Origin: an uncultured Verrucomicrobiae bacterium
GTDB lineage: Bacteria; Verrucomicrobiota; Verrucomicrobiia; Chthoniobacterales; UBA10450
Length of the DNA stretch: 64,000 nt
Assembly: GCA_963756875.1 (NCBI GenBank)
Contig: CAVWPA010000003.1
Coordinates: forward strand, 32,001-96,000
Reading direction: 5' to 3'
Shown here: piece after piece, positions 1 through 11,501 of the stretch
Layout of the letters: every line of letters begins with the position of its first letter
Numbering within the stretch: the first letter of the stretch is position 1
Program-made: the position numbers and the translations under genes
The notes under the pieces: generated by a model
Databases searched by the model: none
What the model was told of the DNA's origin: nothing
The model's input: the letters and a program-made list of their open reading frames with translations, nothing else

Positions 1-310
1 GCCAGATCGCGGTGCCCATCCCCGCCATCGAGGCCCACCCATACACCATCACGTTCATGTGCACAGGACGCAGCCGGCCCCACGTGAGAAAGCTCACGTT
101 CGAAAGCCAGTCGGGCGAATGCATCTTGAACGAAACGAACCCGGCCAGAACCGTCCCGATAAGAAGCCAGACGATTGCCGACGCATAGAACATCAGCACC
201 GGCACTCGCGTCGAGGCATCGATCAATGCCCGTTCCAACTGCTCGGCGTCGCCGGCAGCGGCGGAAACCGACGGCGCTTTGAGCGGTATGTCAGCTGCAG
301 TCGCGTTCAT
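1..310 (-). CDS. ccoN: cbb3-type cytochrome c oxidase subunit I family, N-terminal part (runs off window start)
   Basis: Manual translation from ATG at 310: MNATAADIPLK...LIDASTRVPVLMFYASAIVWLLIGT...LTWGRLRPVHMNVMVYGW. GRLRPVH is the CcoN helix II heme-ligand motif. Directly downstream of the act operon. Confidence 0.8.
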   Translation of the reverse strand, partial: MNATAADIPLKAPSVSAAAGDAEQLERALIDASTRVPVLMFYASAIVWLLIGTVLAGFVSFKMHSPDWLSNVSFLTWGRLRPVHMNVMVYGWASMAGMGTAIW

Positions 311-359
311 TGGAGGCTGGCAAGATTGGCGTCTTCAAGTTGAATTGAGGTCGAAATTT

Positions 360-908
360 TCATGGTGTTTTCGCTGGAGCCGGTGGCACTGACACGGCCG
401 GCGAGGGCGATAAAATCGGCGCAGTCGAAGCCGGCGCTTGCGGCGGTGCCGCTGGGGAGGGCGACACAGGCGGCTTTACGGCAGGAGGGGGCAGCGGGCT
501 GCTTGTAGCGGTTGTTTGCGGAGATACGGCCGGAGATGCTGCCGGCGCTGCTGTGACGGACGGTTGCGGCGGTGGTGTGGCGATCGGATAGGCCGGCTCC
601 GGTTTTTTATTGGCCAGTTCCGCGATGGTCAGTTCAATCGCGTGCGATATTGGAATTCGCACGACGCCCTTCTTCTTGTCCATCCAACCGTAGGTGGTGA
701 GCGTTTTCGCATTTTCCTCGCGCAACGCCTTGAGTTTCTGTTCGCGATTTTTAGCACGAGTTTGTTCGTATGTGTCGCCGCGCGGCGTGGGACCGATGAC
801 CGCCAGCACGATCACGCCAAAAATCACAAACAGCAGCACAACACCCAGCCACGTGGAAAACGGCGCGGGCGATTGAACAGCCTGGCGAGTGGATTCGAAA
901 TCGTTCAT
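360..908 (-). CDS. small single-TM protein with Pro/Ala-rich tail; probable accessory subunit of alternative complex III (ActG-like)
   Basis: One TM helix, YGWMDKKKGVVRIPISHAIEL segment, located between actF and ccoN. Confidence 0.6.
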   Translation of the reverse strand: MNDFESTRQAVQSPAPFSTWLGVVLLFVIFGVIVLAVIGPTPRGDTYEQTRAKNREQKLKALREENAKTLTTYGWMDKKKGVVRIPISHAIELTIAELANKKPEPAYPIATPPPQPSVTAAPAASPAVSPQTTATSSPLPPPAVKPPVSPSPAAPPQAPASTAPILSPSPAVSVPPAPAKTP

Positions 909-909
909 G

Positions 910-2112
910 TCAGTTCACCAATTTTAACGATTCGATCAGACGCGGATCGCGCACGGGAAAGAGCGACGTCCTGGGAAGAATGCGCAGATAAACAAAGGTG
1001 AGTGTCGCGCCGATGGCGATGGGGGCGATAAAATCCCAGACGCTCAGATGCACGCCAGTGCCGTGGAACGCAGGCAGAATGACGATGTACATGTCGAGCA
1101 ACTGCATGAAGACGATCCACGCAGCGACGTAAGCGAGCTGGTGGGGATGTTTCTTGATAGAGCGCAACAACAGAATGGCGAACGGGCCGAAGAACCGCCC
1201 GATTACCAGGAGCATGGTCAGCCACCACCAGGACTGCGTGTTCCGGGCGAGGAAAAATTGCGTCTCTTCCGGCATGTTCGCGTACCAGATGAGCATGTAC
1301 TGGCCGAATCCGATGTAGGCCCAGAAAACGGTGAAGGCGAACATCCATTTTCCCATGATGTGATAGTGCTCCACTGTGACGACTTCTTTTAAGTACCCGG
1401 CGCGGCGGAGCGCAGTAATGACAAGAACGAGGAGCGCCATCGAGCTGCCGGCCGTGCCGGCGAAGATGTAAACGCCGAACATGGTGGAAAACCAGTGATA
1501 GTTAAGGCTCATCAGCCAATCGAACGCGCCAAACGTGAGACAAAGGGCAAACGCCGGCAGACTCGCGAACGCCACCTGGCGCATGCGGATCGTGCATCGC
1601 GGGTTCCCATCCTTATCCTGCCGCACGGAGAAGCGCCGGAGCAATTGCGAAGCGATGATGAAAAAGCCCAGGAAAAAGACCGCGCGCCCGAGAAAGAAAT
1701 CCCAATTCAGATAAGCCCGTTTGGAATCAAGATTTGCTTCCTTGCCCGGCGGAATGTTCATCCATTCGTAAAGATGATGCCGGAGGAGAAGAATCGGGAT
1801 AAACAAAACCGCGAGCACCGCGATCAGGACAGCGATGTTTTCCAGCTGACGGCGCACCACCACCGACCACTCCGCATCGGTGGCGTGGTGAACGATTGTC
1901 CAGAAAAAACAACCGGCGCACAGGGTGAAATAAAAGGCAAACGCGAAGAGCCATGAAAAACCGAATTGGGCCGGTTCGATGGCCGCGCCGACACCGCAGA
2001 GCGCCAAAGCCACCAACGCGATCAACCCGACCAGCACGGAAAGCCCGGCGAAGCGGCTCCTTTCAAAATACTCGCCTTCCGGCGTCGGCAATGGCTGCGA
2101 ACGGTCGCTCAT
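910..2112 (-). CDS. actF: alternative complex III subunit F (NrfD-like membrane subunit 2)
   Basis: About 10 TM helices; DWLMSL..HWFSTMFG, FWAYIGFGQYMLIWYANMPEET motifs; operon position. Confidence 0.9.
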   Translation of the reverse strand: MSDRSQPLPTPEGEYFERSRFAGLSVLVGLIALVALALCGVGAAIEPAQFGFSWLFAFAFYFTLCAGCFFWTIVHHATDAEWSVVVRRQLENIAVLIAVLAVLFIPILLLRHHLYEWMNIPPGKEANLDSKRAYLNWDFFLGRAVFFLGFFIIASQLLRRFSVRQDKDGNPRCTIRMRQVAFASLPAFALCLTFGAFDWLMSLNYHWFSTMFGVYIFAGTAGSSMALLVLVITALRRAGYLKEVVTVEHYHIMGKWMFAFTVFWAYIGFGQYMLIWYANMPEETQFFLARNTQSWWWLTMLLVIGRFFGPFAILLLRSIKKHPHQLAYVAAWIVFMQLLDMYIVILPAFHGTGVHLSVWDFIAPIAIGATLTFVYLRILPRTSLFPVRDPRLIESLKLVN

Positions 2113-2816
2113 TTCTTTTCCTTCTCCAAGTCAGCCCGGTGTTCGGGCGGGACATCGACAATGGCCGCGTGCTGACTGCGTTGCAGGGCACGCAAGTAAG
2201 AGATGATCGCCCAGCGATCCTCGACCATGAGATTCGAGCCGTAAGCCATCATGGTGTTTTTCCCGTGCGTGATGGTGTTAAAAATTTCGCCGTCGGCCAT
2301 GTTCCGAATCCGATCGTCCTGCAAGCTCACCACCGTCGCGAGCCCGTATTGTTTCGTAATGCCGTTCCCTTCGGCCGTCGCGCCGTGACACATGACGCAA
2401 GTGATGTTGAAGCGCTGCTGGCCGCGTTCCAATAGTTCCGGAGTCACCGGGACCGGAATGCCGGTACCCCAGTCGTTGCCCATCCTGCCGGTATCGTAGT
2501 AATCCGTGCCAACGCTGAATCCGATGGCCCCCTGTGCTTCACGAACTGGCACCGGTGCCGGAGGCGTGGCGATTGCCTTCGGCTTCGGCATTTCGTAACC
2601 CATCGGCTCCGTGCCGGGGACAGGTTCGCGAGATCCCCGGGAGTCGGCAAAGAAGTTTAACGGCGCTTGTGCGTTCACTCTCATCTGCCGCACCATGTCG
2701 GGAAACACCTCCAACGGCGCGCCGGTGCTCTTTTGTCCGCGAAACCCGAACACTGCGATAACCGCAATCGTGAACAAAACAAAAATGAGCAGGAAGCCGC
2801 GCAACAGCATATTCAA
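2109..2816 (-). CDS. actE: alternative complex III monoheme cytochrome c subunit E
   Basis: Single CVMCH motif, GEIFNTITHGKNTMMAY, DRWAIISY; operon position. Confidence 0.9.
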   Translation of the reverse strand: MNMLLRGFLLIFVLFTIAVIAVFGFRGQKSTGAPLEVFPDMVRQMRVNAQAPLNFFADSRGSREPVPGTEPMGYEMPKPKAIATPPAPVPVREAQGAIGFSVGTDYYDTGRMGNDWGTGIPVPVTPELLERGQQRFNITCVMCHGATAEGNGITKQYGLATVVSLQDDRIRNMADGEIFNTITHGKNTMMAYGSNLMVEDRWAIISYLRALQRSQHAAIVDVPPEHRADLEKEKK

Positions 2817-3363
2817 TCCTCGTGCACGATGGTGATGTGCTCGCCGCCGCTTTTCTCAAGCAACTCGCGGGCTTCAATCTCAGTGAAACGCGGATCGCGC
2901 GCTTCGATCACCAGGAAAAATCCGTCGTTGGTTACGCGGCTGAAACGGTCCCAGTTAAACATCGGATGATGCGGACGCGGCAGGCCGTTCATGACCAGCA
3001 CCGCGAAAAACGCGGCAAAAGCCGAAAAGAGAATGGTGGCCTCGAACATGATCGGGAAAAAAGCCGGGACGGTGAAAAAATTTGTCGGCTTGCCGTGCAC
3101 ATCGAGGGGGTAAAGGTACGACGACGGGCCAAATTCGATCAGCGCGGCGGTGAGCAGCCCCGAGATTCCTCCGGCCAGCACGACGGCACTCAGCCACGAT
3201 TTTCCCAGTCCCATTGCTTCGTCCATTCCGTGGATGGGGAAAGGCGAATGCACGTCCCAGCGTTTAAAACCAGCGTCGCGCACCGTCTTGGCCGCCTGGT
3301 AGAGCGCGGCTGCGCTCGGATATTCGGCAGCCATCCCGTAAACCTTGTGACCGGCGGGCGTTC

Positions 3364-3367
<4 letters not shown>
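2813..3367 (-). CDS. actD: alternative complex III subunit D (DUF3341)
   Basis: [25 protein letters not shown] motifs, two TM helices. Confidence 0.9.
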
Positions 3368-4824
<1,457 letters not shown>

Positions 4825-4865
4825 TGGTTAGGTTTGCAAGGCCGACGATTGGAATTCGCCGGATT

Positions 4866-5015
4866 GGGTAGCGCACGCGTCTCGTGTGCCGGTTTCGGCG
4901 TCTCGCCGAAACGAACTTTTCTTTGGATTCCACACGCAGCCATCGATCGGAACGAACAAGGAAAGTTCGCGAACCCGAGACGGCTTCGCCAGCACGCGAG
5001 ACGCGTGCGCTACCC
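4866..5015. repeat. REPIN-like element, family A (24-bp terminal inverted repeats with nested hairpins)
   Basis: gggtagcgcacgcgtctcgtgtgc at 4866 vs gcacgcgagacgcgtgcgctaccc ending 5015 (1 mismatch); related copies at 8348 and 60117. Confidence 0.85.
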
Positions 5016-5036
5016 GGAATTTGGGATTTATCATCA

Positions 5037-8000
5037 TCATGCCTTTTTCTCCGGGCTGGCCACGCCGATATTTGCCGCATCGGGCATTTTGGGATTGGGA
5101 TTGCGAATTCGGGCGAGATAGCTGGCGCGTGTATTCACGTTCAAATATTCGAGCAGCCGATAATTGCGGTCTTGTTTCTTCATCTTCGAGACCTCGGTCT
5201 CCGGATCGGCGACGTCGCCAAACACAAGCGCCTGCGTCGGGCAGGCCTGCGCGCATGCAGTCGTGAACGAATCGCGTGGAATCAGCGTCTTGTCCGAAGG
5301 GCCGGCCCGCCTGTGTGCGGCAATTTTCGCTTCCTCGATGCGTTGCACGCAGAACGTGCATTTCTCCATCACGCCGCGCATGCGCACCGTCACGTTCGGA
5401 TTTTTCTGCATCTTCACGATATCGGGCGCGCCCTTGGTCGTTAACGGCGCGAAGTATTCCTCATAGATGCCGAACTCGCCGGCGATTTTCTTTTTGCCCA
5501 CCGGCCGCTGGTTGTAATCGAAAAAGTTGAACCGGCGCACTTTGAACGGGCAATTGTTCAGGCAATAGCGCGTGCCGATACAGCGGTTGTAGACCATCAC
5601 ATTGAGGCCATCCTCGCTATGAACAGTCGCGTTCACAGGGCAGACGGTTTCGCATGGCGCGTTCTCGCAATGCTGGCACATCATCGGTTCGTGCACGATC
5701 TCCGGGTTTTCCGGCCAGTCGCCGTTGTCTTCGTCGAATGGCTTCGCGCTCGCGTAATAACGGTCGATTCGGATCCAATGCATGGCGCGGCCGTGCGCGA
5801 CCTGCAATTTGCCGACCACCGGGATGTTGTTCTCCGCCTGGCAGGCGATCACGCAGGCGCTGCAGCCGGTGCAAACGTTGAGATCTACGGACATTCCCCA
5901 CTGCTGCGGCGCGGTCAGCGGCGGATGCGTATAGAGCGTCGGTAACTTCGCTTCAGAAACCTGGACGGCCGAGAGTTTCTTCGCGAACTCGTTGTCTTCG
6001 CGATATTTGTCCAGCGTCGCCTCCCGCACCAGACCGCGGCCTTCGATGCTCCAGTGGTCCTGCGTGACCGAAAGCGCGTATTTTTTTCCAACCTTCGTCA
6101 CTCGCACCGCTTCGATCTCCTTGCCGTCGGCCACGACGAAATGCGGATTCGTAGCCGTGCGCAGAAGATACGCGTCGAACCCGCCGCGCCTGGTCAACTT
6201 TGTCTTGGTCCGCACTCCGCCACCCGCGTAAGGAAGGAAGTCCGATCCCGGCATTTTCCGGCCGTACCCCAGCGGAATCGTAACCGAATTCTCGGCGTGC
6301 CCGGGGCAAACCAGGGCGGCGATCACCAGCTCGCGCAGGATTGGTTTTCCTTTCGGATCGCGCGCGGTATCGGTAATCGCGACCTGAACGAGGTCGCCGC
6401 TTTCCACATTCAAGCGCTTGGCAAAATTAGGGCTCATGATCGCCCCGTTGTCCCAGGTCAGTTTCGTGATCGGATCGGGCAATTCCTGGAGCCAGCCATT
6501 ATTGCTGTAGCGGCCATCATCTATCCCATAGCTGCGTACAAAGACGATCTCGGGAGATTCCGCGGCCGCCGGCGGCGCCGACGTCCAGAATTGCTGAGCA
6601 AAATCGCCGGTAGCGTTCGCATTGAAAGTCGCCGTCCGATCCTCCGGTGAAACATGTCCCGCAAATCCGTCGCGCAGGAAAATCGACCAGGCAGTTGCGA
6701 AATCACCGGGAGGATTGGTGGCGCGAAATGTTTCCTGGACAAGCTCGGGCCCCTGCACTTTCGGGCCTCCCGCCAGCGCGTTCATCAATTCGATTTCACT
6801 TAACCCGCCAAAAAGCGGGAGAATCATCGGCTGGATCGACAGGTAGCTTCCATCGGCAGCCAGCGCGTCACCCCACGATTCGAGGAAATGCGCAGCCGGA
6901 ACATGCCAGCTGCTCAGCTCGGAAGTGGCGTCCTCGTGATAACCGAGTCGCACCACCTCGGGCACTTTCTTCTGCAAATCGGCCCAATCAATCGGTTGTT
7001 TGGTTTCAGGATCCACCGCCACTCCGCGCGGCGCATTGAACACAGGGTCGCCGCCAAAAATGAACAGCTGTTTGATCCGGCCCGCCCGAATCTCTTCCGC
7101 GAGTTGCAGGATGCTTTTTGTGTTCGGATTGCGCGGAGATTCGCGAAAAACGATGGTGCGGCCCAGGTTTTTCAGCGCGGAATTGATGCCATAAACCAGC
7201 AGTTGCACCACCACCGGCTGGTGCGAGCCGGCAACCACCAGGCTAGCTCCGCTTTTGCTCACCAGATCGTTGACCGCTTCAATCAGCCATTTCTCATCGA
7301 ACGAGGCCACGCTCGCCGGCGCCGTCATCTTTCCCAGCAACGAAAACAAACTCGAGTCCTGGGTCGCGGCCGCGATTTTTCCCGCCAGCAAATAGGCGAA
7401 CGCGGGAATCTGGCTCGCCGGCAAACGCAACCGGTGATCGGCCATCGCGCCGGTGACGCTAAAACGATTTTCCACCACGTAGAGACGGTTCATGGTCTCC
7501 CTGGCCGAACGAATGCGCCGCCGTGATGTAAAGCCGCGCACCGCCGCCAGATCGCCTTCCCCGCAATCGAGGAAATCGCTATCGAGCGACATCACGACGT
7601 CTGCGCGCTCAAAATGTGGAATCAGCCGCAGGTTATCGCCGAAACTAATGCGCGTAGCGTAGCTCTGAGCGTCGCTGAGCGCGGGCTCGTAAGCGCACCA
7701 AATCATTTTTGGAAAAGCTTTTTCCAGACTCGCCCGCAACCTCTCTCGCGTCGGCGAGTCAGTCTCTTCAACCAGGAAAGCGAGGCCATCGCCGCCTTCG
7801 CCAGCCATCTTTCCGCGCAGCGTTTCAATGTAAGCGTCAAACTGCGCGCGATCGGAAGTCTCGCCTTTGTGCACGAAAAAGCGCGACCGGTATGGATCGT
7901 AAAGATCGAGCACCGTTGCCTGGGCAAAGGCATCGGTGGCGCCGTTGCTGGCAGGATGAAGCGGATTGCCTTCCAGTTTGGTTGGACGGCCATCGACCGT

Positions 8001-8343
8001 TGTGGCAACGAGCGGAATCGCACCCGTGCGCCGCGGCATGGCTGTCGCGTAATAGAGAAATTTTCCGGGAATCGTCCACTCGGCGCTTTTACTAAACGGC
8101 ACCAGGTGCGCTTCCGGCCGGCGGCAACTGGTCAGGCCAACTCCCGCCAGCGCCATCGATGCTCCCATCAATCTCAAGAAATCGCGCCGCGACCACTCGT
8201 CCCCCTGCAGCTCAGATGCGCCCGCTGGAAACTCGCGCTCGAGCCATTCGCGAAATTCCGGCGTGTTGCTGAATTCACCGAGACTGCGCCAGGTACTTTT
8301 TGCCGCTGGACGACTCGGGCGGATGTTGAACGACGCGTTTCAT
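5037..8343 (-). CDS. actB: alternative complex III subunit B (Tat-exported molybdopterin-oxidoreductase-like plus 4Fe-4S domains); one extra base near 8292 separates the start from the main ORF
   Basis: ATG at 8343 gives MKRVVQHPPESSSGKKY; after a +1 shift it continues WRSLGEF...WSRRDFLRLMGAS (Tat motif) into ORF 5037..8177 with CTGCSACVIAC, CQHCENAPC, CIGTRYC, CTFC. Confidence 0.92.
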
Positions 8344-8347
8344 TGCA

Positions 8348-8479
8348 AATTCCGGGGAGCGCACGCGCTCCGCATGCCGGCGATCGCGCCCTCGCGATCG
8401 CGAACTTTTAGCAATTGAAATGAGATTTCGGCGAGGGCGCCGAAATCAGCACGCGGGGGCGCGTGCGCTCCCCGGAATT
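8348..8479. repeat. REPIN-like element, family A
   Basis: Perfect 21-bp inverted repeat aattccggggagcgcacgcgc / gcgcgtgcgctccccggaatt with internal hairpins. Confidence 0.85.
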
Positions 8480-8509
8480 CCCGTGGCTGAACGATGGATA
8501 GTTGCAAGC

Positions 8510-9235
8510 TCATCGGTGGCATCCCTGGCAATTGGTTGGCGGCTTGATGTTCCATTTCTCCTTCAATGTTTGCCCAATCTCCTTTTGCGTAAGTTCCTTT
8601 TTCTTCGACCAGTCTCCTCTCGCCTCTTTGGGCTGCCCGTATTTCGCGACGAACTCCGCCGGCTTCACGTCGCTTGTTTTCCAATCGAGATTGAAAACCT
8701 GGTCGTCCGGCCGCAAGAAATTTTCCGGGTGCCGGTGGCATCCGAGGCACCACGCCATGCTGAGCGGCTGGGCGTCGTAAACCACCGGCATGCGATTCAC
8801 CGGCCCGTGGCAGCTAAAGCAGCTGATCCCGCGATTCACATGAATCGAGTGGTTAAAAAAAACGTAATCAGGCGTGCGATGGATTTGCACCCAGCTGATT
8901 GGCTGGCCTGATTTCCAGCTGGCACGCACCGGCTCAAGCTTCGGATTCTCTTTTTGAACCTGGCTGTGGCAGTTCATACACGTTTGCGTGTTCGGCAAAT
9001 TGGAATGCGCGGCGACTTCCACAAAGCTGTGGCAATAACGGCAATCCATCCCCAGTTGGTTCACGTGAATATCGTGTGGGAAAGGCACCGGCTGGACCGG
9101 CTGGTAACCGACTTTCGTGTACTTCGGCGTCACGTAGTACCAGGTGGCCCCTATCGCGGCGCAGCCGATGATGGTGCCGGCCACGGTCATTTGCAGCGGC
9201 AGCCAATTGGTCCAGCGTGGGAAAAAATTTGCCAT
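8510..9235 (-). CDS. actA: alternative complex III pentaheme cytochrome c subunit A
   Basis: Five CxxCH motifs (CRYCH, CMNCH, CFSCH, CLGCH, CQGCH), N-terminal TM, QPVPFPHDIH; start taken at MANFF (9235). Confidence 0.92.
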   Translation of the reverse strand: MANFFPRWTNWLPLQMTVAGTIIGCAAIGATWYYVTPKYTKVGYQPVQPVPFPHDIHVNQLGMDCRYCHSFVEVAAHSNLPNTQTCMNCHSQVQKENPKLEPVRASWKSGQPISWVQIHRTPDYVFFNHSIHVNRGISCFSCHGPVNRMPVVYDAQPLSMAWCLGCHRHPENFLRPDDQVFNLDWKTSDVKPAEFVAKYGQPKEARGDWSKKKELTQKEIGQTLKEKWNIKPPTNCQGCHR

Positions 9236-9576
9236 AGAAATCAGCGGACGCCCTGGCTGCCTGGCCGCCAATCTAAAAACGAATCAAGATTAAGATTAGA
9301 ATGTGCCGGATTCAGACGGTGCAAAGGTTGAGGTTGTCGCTCGTCCGAGGGGAGGGCAGAACTCTATAAATGCACAGAACGCTGGCAAAAGAAAATTCGT
9401 CGCGCAATTTCATGTCGATCTGAAGCCAATTGGCCACGTTGTTCGATACAGAAAAGTGGCGATTTGGCAAAACTGATCACGTCAAAAGTTCATCGCACCG
9501 TCAAGTGAAAGCGCGTTTTTATCCGTAATTTCTTCCCCGGTCCGATTCACCGAGATTGCGCGCAATGAAGGCCATT

Positions 9577-9634
9577 AAGGGACACGCTCTGTCGTGTCCG
9601 AAATTTTTTGGGCGTCGACCGCGCGGCACTCCCC
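9577..9634. repeat. REP-doublet-like element, family B (copy 1)
   Basis: aagggacacgctctgtcgtgtccg...gggcgtcgaccgcgcggcactcccc; near-identical direct copy at 10103. Confidence 0.7.
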
Positions 9635-9650
9635 ACTTCCGCGGCCAGGC

Positions 9651-10055
9651 TCAGCGTCCGAGCAGATAAATCGCAGCCAGCGCCACGAGAAAATATGGAA
9701 CGAGAATGGCGGCGCCGGCGTATTCCTTCGCCATGCGCTGGCCGAAAAAGAGCGCAGTGACCGCAACGGCGGAAACTATCGCACCATAGAAAGCGATTGC
9801 CGGATTGTGTGAAAAAATCAGCACGACGAATCCGATCCCGCTCAAGATTCCCGCCGCGCACTCCAGAATGGTCAGCAAGAACAGCAATAGCGAAACCATT
9901 CCGGCAAACGGACTCTTCGCGAAATGTCCGTTCAACCAATCACGGTTCCCCTTCCAATTTAAAATCTTATCGATTCCGGATTGCAGGAAAGGGATCGCAA
10001 GAAAAAGCGAAACGAGGAGCTGAAGCAGATACAGCGTCAAGCTGGACATTTGCAT
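9651..10055 (-). CDS. DoxX family membrane protein
   Basis: Four TM helices, FLQSGIDKILNWKGN, FFGQRMAKEYAGA. Confidence 0.8.
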   Translation of the reverse strand: MQMSSLTLYLLQLLVSLFLAIPFLQSGIDKILNWKGNRDWLNGHFAKSPFAGMVSLLLFLLTILECAAGILSGIGFVVLIFSHNPAIAFYGAIVSAVAVTALFFGQRMAKEYAGAAILVPYFLVALAAIYLLGR

Positions 10056-10102
10056 AAACGAATCTTACCACGACTTGCTCGGCAAAATCGATAATCGATT
10101 TA

Positions 10103-10160
10103 GAGGGACATGCGCTGTCGTGTCCCAAATATTTGGGCGCCGACGGCGCGGTCGCCCTCC
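10103..10160. repeat. REP-doublet-like element, family B (copy 2)
   Basis: gagggacatgcgctgtcgtgtccc...gggcgccgacggcgcggtcgccctcc. Confidence 0.7.
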
Positions 10161-10163
10161 AAC

Positions 10164-11372
10164 TCAAGAGTACAAATACTCGTCGTGATACTCGCGCTGA
10201 GGCGCGAACTGGACGTTTTCGTTCCCGGTTTCGGGATACTCGAAGATTTTACCTTCGTAATTGCGGATCACGATTTTCTCGTTGTCGTGATAGAGGACAT
10301 AGCCAGGGTTGATCGGCACCTTGCCGCCACCGCCGGGAGCGTCGATCACGAATTGCGGGACGGCGTAGCCGGTGGTGTGGCCGCGCAGGCCCTCGATAAT
10401 TTCGACGCCTTTCGCGACGGAAGCCCGCAGGTGCGACGAACCGTTGATGAGATCGCACTGGTAAATGTAGTAGGGGCGCACGCGGCACATGAGCAACTTG
10501 TGAACGAGCGTTTTCATCGTCTCCAGATCGTCGTTCACGCCGGCGAGCAGAACGCTTTGATTGCCGAGCGGGACCCCGGCATTCGCCAGACGCTCGAGCG
10601 CTTCTTTCACTTCGATCGTCAGTTCCCGCGGATGATTGATGTGCACGCTCATCCAGAGCGGATGATGTTTCGCCAGAATCGCGCAAAGCTCGGGCGTAAT
10701 CCGTTGCGGAAGAAAAATCGGAACCCGCGTGCCGATGCGCAAAAATTCGATGTGCGGAATCGCGCGCAGGCGCGAAAGGAGCTTGTCGATCTTGTCGTCG
10801 CTGAAGATCAAGGCGTCGCCGCCGCTTAGAAGAACATCGCGCACTTCGGTGTGCTGTTCGAGATAGCGAAACGCCTCTTCAAAATCGGTATGCAATTCCT
10901 GCTCTCCGACGCCGCTCACGACGCGGCTGCGGGTGCAATATCGGCAATAGCTCGCGCAGCGATCGGTCACCAGAAACAGCACCCGGTCCGGGTAGCGATG
11001 CACCAGGCCGGGCACGGGCATGTGCGAATCCTCGCCGCAGGGATCGATCATGTCGTACGGCGACGTCCAGGTTTCTTCGATACGCGGAATGACTTGGCGC
11101 CGGATCGGATCGTCCGGATCTTTGGCGGGCGGAATCAGGTTGAAAAAATGCGGCGTGACAGCGAGGGCGAGCTTGTCGCCGGAAAGCAGCACGCCGCTGC
11201 GTTCCTCGTCGCTTAGATCGAGATGTTGCTCAAGTTGACCGAGCGACGTGACACGGTTTTTGAGCTGCCATTTCCAATCGTTCCAGAGCTCTGGTTGCAC
11301 GTCCGGCCAGTAACCGGGCGCGTGCGTGACGAACTCTTTTCCATCGCCATTCCCTGCGGCAAAAGTGCGCAT
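10164..11372 (-). CDS. kamA: KamA family radical SAM protein (lysine 2,3-aminomutase-like)
   Basis: WNDWKWQL, HRYPDRVL, CASYCRYC, LLSGGD, NQSVLL, RPYYIYQCD, DAPGGGGKVP. Confidence 0.92.
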   Translation of the reverse strand: MRTFAAGNGDGKEFVTHAPGYWPDVQPELWNDWKWQLKNRVTSLGQLEQHLDLSDEERSGVLLSGDKLALAVTPHFFNLIPPAKDPDDPIRRQVIPRIEETWTSPYDMIDPCGEDSHMPVPGLVHRYPDRVLFLVTDRCASYCRYCTRSRVVSGVGEQELHTDFEEAFRYLEQHTEVRDVLLSGGDALIFSDDKIDKLLSRLRAIPHIEFLRIGTRVPIFLPQRITPELCAILAKHHPLWMSVHINHPRELTIEVKEALERLANAGVPLGNQSVLLAGVNDDLETMKTLVHKLLMCRVRPYYIYQCDLINGSSHLRASVAKGVEIIEGLRGHTTGYAVPQFVIDAPGGGGKVPINPGYVLYHDNEKIVIRNYEGKIFEYPETGNENVQFAPQREYHDEYLYS

Positions 11373-11501
11373 TGTGAGTTGAGGACGAAAACGCTAACGC
11401 CGTTAACAACCGTGTCAACGAAGGCACATCACGGTGCGTGACGCACCACCGTGTTATCGCGGAAGAGCGCCCCGCCGGCTGTTGCCAAACTCAATCAATC
11501 T

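Noticed and set aside
8280..8305. Possible programmed frameshift in actB (AAAAAG nearby)
   Set aside because: The shift needed is +1 and lies past the A-run, and similar lone indels occur in four unrelated genes; error is more parsimonious
9474..9486. FNR-like box ctgat-cac-gtcaa upstream of actA
   Set aside because: Spacer is 3 bp rather than 4 and both half-sites are imperfect
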